Made by a program: the position numbers and the translations under genes. Shown here piece after piece: positions 15,342 to 20,000 of a stretch of 20,000 bases of DNA. The stretch lies in IMG/VR virus record IMGVR_UViG_3300027974_000033; one strand, written 5' to 3'. This DNA comes from an uncultured virus (IMG/VR IMGVR_UViG_3300027974_000033) (Duplodnaviria > Heunggongvirae > Uroviricota > Caudoviricetes). The number at the start of each line of letters is the position of its first letter. Position 1 is the first letter of the stretch. The notes under the pieces were generated by a model. That model was not told where the DNA came from and did not search any database. It was given only the letters and a program-made list of their open reading frames with translations.

Positions 15342-15488
15342 ATGTCAGACTACAAAGATGGATTTCAAGACGGGTACAAGTTTGCTCGTGAAGAAATAAT
15401 GGAAAAGCTATCAGAGATTGATATCGCAGACATTGATTCTTGGATCCTTGACCGTCTTTCAGAAATGATTGAGGGTGGCAACCTGTGA
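15342..15488 (+). CDS. Acidic hypothetical protein (48 aa)
   Basis: AGGAGA RBS; MSDYKDGFQDGYKFAREEI..; TGATG overlap. Confidence 0.7.
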   Translation: MSDYKDGFQDGYKFAREEIMEKLSEIDIADIDSWILDRLSEMIEGGNL

Positions 15489-15676
15489 TGGCTGAATGGC
15501 TTAAGTGTGATCAGTGTGCAGCTCAGGCAATGTGGGAAGCAAAGAAAGATGAGATGTCTCTTTATTTTTGTGGACATCATAAAAACAAACAGGGCGAGTC
15601 ACTTGTGGACTGGGCCCATGAAATGGTACAATTACTAAACTACGAGCAAGAACAACAACTAGCAAAGGCGGAATAA
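15488..15676 (+). CDS. Small zinc-finger protein (CxxC...CxHH)
   Basis: CDQCAAQA...LYFCGHH; GAGGG RBS. Confidence 0.75.
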   Translation: MAEWLKCDQCAAQAMWEAKKDEMSLYFCGHHKNKQGESLVDWAHEMVQLLNYEQEQQLAKAE

Positions 15677-15677
15677 A

Positions 15678-16046
15678 ATGGGCGACAGAGCAAACTTTGG
15701 ATTCAGAGATTCCAAGGAAAATATTGTATTTTTATATGGACATTGGGCAGGGCACCGAATGCTAGAGAATTTAGCGGACGCCGTGCAGATTGCACATCCA
15801 CGTTGGAATGATGAAGCATATGCTACACGTATTGCTATCAGCCAAATGATTGGTGATGAGTGGGCTAGCGAAACAGGCTGGGGCATTAGTGTTAATCAAT
15901 TGGCAGATAATGAACACAAGGTCCCAATTATTGATTGGAAAAATAAAACGTTTACGTTAATGGAAGAAGACCTGCAGACTGTAGTATTTAGTACAACCTT
16001 GGATGCATTTGTGGCCAAGTATTGTAGTCAACTAAGTATGGTATAA
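15678..16046 (+). CDS. Hypothetical phage protein
   Basis: MGDRANF..LYGHWAG..RWNDEAYATRI..TGWGI. Confidence 0.8.
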   Translation: MGDRANFGFRDSKENIVFLYGHWAGHRMLENLADAVQIAHPRWNDEAYATRIAISQMIGDEWASETGWGISVNQLADNEHKVPIIDWKNKTFTLMEEDLQTVVFSTTLDAFVAKYCSQLSMV

Positions 16047-16053
16047 TTAATCT

Positions 16054-16203
16054 AGGACCTTGGTCCTGGTTTTAATACAGAAATGAAGTGGTGCGTCTAA
16101 CTAGTCTACGGGCCAGGCGCTAAGTAAAGCGGTTTATTTCTTTCGTTGGAAATCAGCAGCCATATTCATTAACCCCCCAGCTTGATCTGGGGGGTATTTT
16201 TTT
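16054..16203 (+). ncRNA. Candidate ~150-nt structured small RNA
   Basis: TGGTATAAT 16039-16047 upstream, no meaningful ORF, several stems, and an intrinsic terminator at the end. Confidence 0.4.
16172..16203 (+). terminator. Intrinsic terminator
   Basis: ACCCCCCAG-cttgat-CTGGGGGGT followed by ATTTTTTT. Confidence 0.85.
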
Positions 16204-16317
16204 GCCCACAAAAGAAATGAGGGTATCATATGTGTTTTACGGATGTCAAGTCAAAACCCTGAAAATCCCAAGCTTTGAGATCATGTGGCATGAATCACAT
16301 GCATTTGCTCTTCCATA

Positions 16318-16339
16318 TGTCAGTGGTCTGATATATAAT
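16318..16339 (+). promoter_or_regulatory. PafBC/RecA-NDp-type promoter 13
   Basis: TGTCAG-tggtctgata-TATAAT; TGTGG-N6-TCACA 16284-16299. Confidence 0.78.
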
Positions 16340-16366
16340 TAGAACATATCAACGAAAGGATATAAA

Positions 16367-17140
16367 ATGCCAAATTGGTGTTACAACACATTAACTATTC
16401 AAGGACCTAAGTCTGAGGTAGATATGATTAAAGATAGATTGAATAAACCTTTTACATTAGCCCAAGAAACATTTGGTATGGGTGATATATCTACTATGGG
16501 ATTTCCTACTAAGATTGAACAGGTATCTTATTCTAATCCCGTTTTTTCTTTTCATAACATCCACTCATATAAAGATGACGGAATTACTGATGAGGAATAT
16601 GCCTGCCAGCCTACACGACTAGGAACAGACACTAGTGCTCCTGATTGGTTTGCTAAAGAAGTTGCACATGCTAAAACTCAGAAGGATTGGTATTCATGGA
16701 ATACATCTAATTGGGGAACCAAATGGGATGTTGCTGTCCGTGATGAAGATGAATATCCTGAAACAGAATTACTTGAATATAAGTCAGAAGGTGATGACAA
16801 CTGGGTTGTATATAAATATGAAACTGCTTGGTCACCTGCTGTAACTATCTTAACTAAACTAAGTAATCTTGTTCCGAACTGCCTGCTCACATTAGAGTAT
16901 GAAGAAGAAACAGGCTGGGGTGGGGAATATGAGATTGTCCGTGGTGAAGTAAAAGAATTGGCTGAATGGGAAAACCGTTGCTATGCTTGCCAGTCTTTTG
17001 ATACATTGAGTTATTGTGAAGATGACTGTGGAGAATTCTGCTCAGAATGTAATCAAGGCTCTTGGCAGGATGAAAAGGCAATGGCAGAATGTCAGACCCA
17101 TAGTGTATTATTAGAGCCTAAAGAAAAGGTGGAGGCATAA
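16367..17140 (+). CDS. DUF1281/YubB (Api92-like) ferredoxin-like domain protein with Cys-rich tail
   Basis: MPNWCYN, DWYSWNTSNWGTKW, YETAWSP and LEYEEETG; C-terminal CxxC motifs. Confidence 0.8.
   Translation: MPNWCYNTLTIQGPKSEVDMIKDRLNKPFTLAQETFGMGDISTMGFPTKIEQVSYSNPVFSFHNIHSYKDDGITDEEYACQPTRLGTDTSAPDWFAKEVAHAKTQKDWYSWNTSNWGTKWDVAVRDEDEYPETELLEYKSEGDDNWVVYKYETAWSPAVTILTKLSNLVPNCLLTLEYEEETGWGGEYEIVRGEVKELAEWENRCYACQSFDTLSYCEDDCGEFCSECNQGSWQDEKAMAECQTHSVLLEPKEKVEA
17090..17111 (+). promoter_or_regulatory. PafBC/RecA-NDp-type promoter 14 (intragenic)
   Basis: TGTCAG-acccatagtg-TATTAT. Confidence 0.6.
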
Positions 17141-17370
17141 TGGCAAGTTTCTTAGAAGATGTAAATCAAATGGTAATTGACGCTGTATATCAAGAGATAG
17201 CAGAACAATTACTAGATGACTGGATTAATAATAATCTAAATGAAGGACAGTATTATGCAGATAAACAATTTGCACAAATGTCAGGAGATAAATTTATCTT
17301 TGAGCAATTTAATAAGTTCTATGAACTTAAAGAAGGAGACGATGATTATATGGAGTATGACTTATGCTAG
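17140..17370 (+). CDS. Acidic hypothetical protein
   Basis: GGAGG RBS; TAATG overlap. Confidence 0.75.
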   Translation: MASFLEDVNQMVIDAVYQEIAEQLLDDWINNNLNEGQYYADKQFAQMSGDKFIFEQFNKFYELKEGDDDYMEYDLC

Positions 17371-17546
17371 GTTATACTGAATCTGATCTAAATGAAATGA
17401 TTAATGCTGTACATGACGCAAAGCTTTTCTATCTTAGGACCCCGTCCGATTTAATGGATAAGTCTTTGCTAACTAATAGTTTGCTAAAGACAAATGATTT
17501 CTTGCAAGGACTATGGGCGGAGGGTTACTTTGACCACACTAACTAA
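17364..17546 (+). CDS. Hypothetical phage protein
   Basis: MLGYT...FLQGLWAEGYF; GGAG RBS. Confidence 0.7.
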   Translation: MLGYTESDLNEMINAVHDAKLFYLRTPSDLMDKSLLTNSLLKTNDFLQGLWAEGYFDHTN

Positions 17547-17715
17547 ATCTTCTAAGTTCCTAGAATATATGAAGATACATCTAATTAGTCTTAACCAGGA
17601 CTTAGAAATGAATCCTGAATCTATCAATGTAATTGATATTCCAGGACAAATATATGCAACCGAACATTTGTTGTCAGTGGCTACTGATATAATGAATGAA
17701 AACGAGAGGATATAA
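17530..17715 (+). CDS. Hypothetical protein (probable TTG start)
   Basis: GGAGGG RBS before TTG 17530, in frame with the track ORF 17494-17715. Confidence 0.6.
   Translation: MTTLTKSSKFLEYMKIHLISLNQDLEMNPESINVIDIPGQIYATEHLLSVATDIMNENERI
17672..17693 (+). promoter_or_regulatory. PafBC/RecA-NDp-type promoter 15 (intragenic)
   Basis: TGTCAG-tggctactga-TATAAT. Confidence 0.78.
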
Positions 17716-17716
17716 A

Positions 17717-17995
17717 ATGAATTCAGAAGACATTGGGCTCCCGCCCCACTTGCAACGTTTAGTTAATGCAGGTGTTAATGGATTAGATATAATGCATGGC
17801 GAACTAAAGAATCTAATGTTGATTGCCGAAGAGCAATTGGCTTGGGCTCAGGCAATTGAAGATGAAACCGAAGAGGCAATGGATTCAATGGCACGTACAG
17901 AGGCGGAGGGACGACTAGATACTCTAGTTGAACTATATAAACTAACATATGATTTATCATTTGCTATAGGAGAAAAGGAAGGGCAAAAAGTATGA
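17717..17995 (+). CDS. Hypothetical phage protein (start revised from 17696)
   Basis: AACGAGAGGA RBS before MNSEDIG. Confidence 0.75.
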   Translation: MNSEDIGLPPHLQRLVNAGVNGLDIMHGELKNLMLIAEEQLAWAQAIEDETEEAMDSMARTEAEGRLDTLVELYKLTYDLSFAIGEKEGQKV

Positions 17996-18225
17996 CATAC
18001 GAGCCAAGTCTAGAAATCCTGGAAATGGAATACTCTTGCTCACCTGGAGGAGTAGATACATTTGAGGTGTATGATAAAACAGATATACCTTTATCTGTAC
18101 CAATATATGAGACTGAATCTTTGACGGATGCCGTGCTCTACTGTTATAATTTAGGGAAAGACTTTACTGTCAAGACATTAGCGGAATGGAATGAAAGGGA
18201 GTTAGCATATGAAGCCAGCCGATAA
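17992..18225 (+). CDS. Hypothetical phage protein
   Basis: ATGA overlap; ORF track. Confidence 0.7.
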   Translation: MTYEPSLEILEMEYSCSPGGVDTFEVYDKTDIPLSVPIYETESLTDAVLYCYNLGKDFTVKTLAEWNERELAYEASR

Positions 18226-18526
18226 AGATAAACTAAACGAATGTTTAAAGATTCTAGACACCACCGACCTTGGCTTGTCATTAGTATGGCTGTGGACATG
18301 GTCCACAATTAACAACATTTTTGAGGATGAGACCTACAAGCAGAACTGCACCATAGATGACATGTGGGACCACCTCTGCGAGGCCGTGGAGGCTGGTATG
18401 GGCTTCTCCCTAGAGTACGGGGCGGAACAACATCAGGAAGACGTCCTTGAATGGATGATGAATCGTGAGTACATTGTCGACACAATGTTTGAAGAAGAGG
18501 AAGAAGACGAAGATGAGGATGAGTGA
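18209..18526 (+). CDS. Acidic hypothetical phage protein
   Basis: GGGAG RBS; poly-E/D tail. Confidence 0.75.
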   Translation: MKPADKDKLNECLKILDTTDLGLSLVWLWTWSTINNIFEDETYKQNCTIDDMWDHLCEAVEAGMGFSLEYGAEQHQEDVLEWMMNREYIVDTMFEEEEEDEDEDE

Positions 18527-18656
18527 TCAATACATCGATGAGATCCTTAACAGGGCCCAACAGCTTTTGTGGGGCGGATCAGAAACAGAGAACATCGAAG
18601 CACACAACCTTATATCTAATCTAATTAAAGAAAGAGTAGAACAAGTTTCTAACTGA
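18519..18656 (+). CDS. Hypothetical protein (45 aa; start revised from 18465)
   Basis: MSDQYIDEILNRAQQLLWGGS..; overlaps the upstream stop. Confidence 0.6.
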   Translation: MSDQYIDEILNRAQQLLWGGSETENIEAHNLISNLIKERVEQVSN

Positions 18657-18684
18657 GGGCAAGATTTTTAGTTTACGGTGACTA

Positions 18685-18713
18685 TTTACAAACCCGTGAA
18701 AAGTTGCTATAAT
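18685..18713 (+). promoter_or_regulatory. Housekeeping-sigma promoter TTTACA-N17-TATAAT with extended -10
   Basis: TTTACA 18685-18690; TGCTATAAT 18705-18713. Confidence 0.7.
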
Positions 18714-18745
18714 TAAAGCAAACCGATCTAGAAAGGATCAAACAC

Positions 18746-18895
18746 ATGACAACAAAGCGTGAATATCTAAAGCAGCAAGGCATCACAGTAGGTGTACGTG
18801 GCCGCTTCTCAGGAGCAGCTAAGGTAGCTCTACAAGAAGCTGCAGCAAAGGGAATTACATTTACATCAGAGGCGCCTGCTAACAAGGCCAAGTAA
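18746..18895 (+). CDS. Stand-alone Lsr2-like DNA-binding domain (49 aa)
   Basis: MTTKREYLKQQGITVGVRGRFSGAAKVALQEAAAKG..; matches the Lsr2 C-terminal pattern REWAxxxGxxVxxRGRI; AGAAAGGA RBS; not in the ORF track. Confidence 0.75.
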   Translation: MTTKREYLKQQGITVGVRGRFSGAAKVALQEAAAKGITFTSEAPANKAK

Positions 18896-18900
18896 GCCAG

Positions 18901-18947
18901 GGACGGGGTTAGGGCTTCGTTGGTCCTTGACCCCGTTTCTTATTTTT
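18901..18947 (+). terminator. Probable intrinsic terminator
   Basis: GACGGGGTTAGGG..CCTTGACCCCGTT hairpin followed by a T-rich tract. Confidence 0.65.
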
Positions 18948-18977
18948 GATACAATAGACAGTTAGGCGGAGGCGGAT

Positions 18978-19346
18978 ATGAAAACACCAGAAAGCAAAGT
19001 AGCAGAATCATTAGTTAATTTAATGGATGACCATTGGTTTAATCCAACAATGTTTGGTCGATATTTGGCAGAACAGCCAATGTATACACTTGACCGCATT
19101 ATGGAAATGGTTGTATCGATTATATCAGAACAAGCAAAGATATATGATGTATATCTAAATAGGGGTACATCGTCTGAAGGTCTATTACTAGCCAATGAAC
19201 TGAATGAATGTATCAAAGCATATCAAGAAGATAATAGTTTAATTAATCTTAAGTTACCTTCTCGTTCCTACAAAGTAGGGACGGTTCCAAAGGAACCTAA
19301 AGTTAATATATTTGGATGGAAAGAAGAAACAGATCCATTCAGTTAG
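18978..19346 (+). CDS. Hypothetical phage protein
   Basis: GGAGG RBS; TGATACAAT upstream; ORF track. Confidence 0.8.
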   Translation: MKTPESKVAESLVNLMDDHWFNPTMFGRYLAEQPMYTLDRIMEMVVSIISEQAKIYDVYLNRGTSSEGLLLANELNECIKAYQEDNSLINLKLPSRSYKVGTVPKEPKVNIFGWKEETDPFS

Positions 19347-19410
19347 TATTAGGCATATGACAATGAATAGATGAATGCCTGGTTAGATAGATAAACATAT
19401 CTAGCCCAAA

Positions 19411-19446
19411 TTATCCACAGGGTTATCCACATCCTGTGGATTTTTT
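19411..19446 (+). terminator. Terminator-like hairpin built from DnaA boxes
   Basis: ATCCACAGG..CCTGTGGAT followed by TTTTT; TTATCCACA at 19411-19419 and 19423-19431. Confidence 0.6.
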
Positions 19447-19891
19447 GTATGCTGTGGGCATGTGGGCAACATTTTGCTTTTACGACACATGATCCAAATC
19501 CCTGAAATTTCTAGCTCATGGGCCAAATTTTTCATTTACGAAGCCTTGACAAAAATCCCTGAAAATGCTACACAATATGTCTAAATAGATAATTATACAT
19601 ATAGAATGTCGACAAATGTGTAGAGAATATGGCAAAATAAGCAAAAATCGCTCCATAAATCTATTGACAAATATGGATCAATATGCTGCTATATATGGCT
19701 ATTGACATTACGTTTAAGATGGGGTATGCTCAATTACATATGTATGTTTAACTATATATAACTATAGTATATGATATGCTATCTATAGTATAAATTCTCC
19801 ACTATGCTCCACTTTACTCCACTATATAAGCCTTCTAAGGGCTATATGAGGCTGGATAAATGGGAGGGGGATATAGGAGTTAGGAGCTAAT

Positions 19892-20000
19892 TTATTGCAA
19901 TTTGCTCTTATTCTTAGATGGTCTTCTAGACCAATCTGGAGCTTTATGTGCAGTAGTTCCTCTAGATGTAGAATCTATTAGGGCTTTATTCTTATCTAAT
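19892..20000 (-). CDS. Possible 3' end of a gene entering from the right edge
   Basis: Open frame ..LDKNKALIDSTSRGTTAHKAPDWSRRPSKNKSKLQ*. Confidence 0.35.
   Translation of the reverse strand, partial: LDKNKALIDSTSRGTTAHKAPDWSRRPSKNKSKLQ

Noticed and set aside
16080..16140. Known self-cleaving ribozyme (hammerhead, twister or pistol) in the candidate sRNA
   Set aside because: I could not place the conserved catalytic cores by eye; left as an unassigned structured RNA.
9168..19216. Minus-strand ORFs within the array (9168, 11096, 12493, 13234, 13467, 14398, 15365, 15659, 16678, 16887, 17775, 18309, 18682, 18962) and the alternate-frame plus ORF 16635-16844
   Set aside because: They overlap well-supported plus-strand genes and show no recognisable motifs.
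7500..19600. CRISPR array or integron attC interpretation of the repeats
   Set aside because: The repeats are hundreds to thousands of bp apart, degenerate, and lack constant-length spacers or attC R/L-box structure; no cas or integrase gene is in the window.

Overview
This window is best explained as part of a large tailed-phage genome with an actinobacterial host. The evidence is AACGAAAGG-type ribosome-binding sites, leaderless genes, an Lsr2-like gene, a GP88 gene and a lysozyme-like transglycosylase; the exact host is not determinable from sequence alone. The left ~7.4 kb holds the 5' part of a class II ribonucleotide reductase, an SLT transglycosylase, a 2OG-Fe(II) oxygenase, three sulfotransferase-like genes, a GAMT-like methyltransferase and tRNA-Ile(UAU). 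From ~7.5 to 19.4 kb lies a co-oriented array of about 40 mostly small, often translationally coupled genes resembling an early/host-takeover region; it includes GP88, DUF932, a DUF1281-like gene, tRNA-Asp and a lone Lsr2 DNA-binding domain. The most striking signal is regulatory. This array carries 15 copies of TGTC(A/G)G-N10-TAnnnT, which matches the actinobacterial RecA-independent/PafBC DNA-damage promoter. Nine have a CRP/GlxR-like TGTGA-N6-TCACA site upstream, eight of them at near-helical spacing. The modules also contain GACAC(GCC) boxes, DnaA boxes and a 9-copy TTACG-N15/16-CCCTG(A/G)AA element of unknown function. Two covarying mini-pseudoknots, two candidate small RNAs and a possible origin at the right end were also seen. 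All motif counts were made by eye; no database searches were run.
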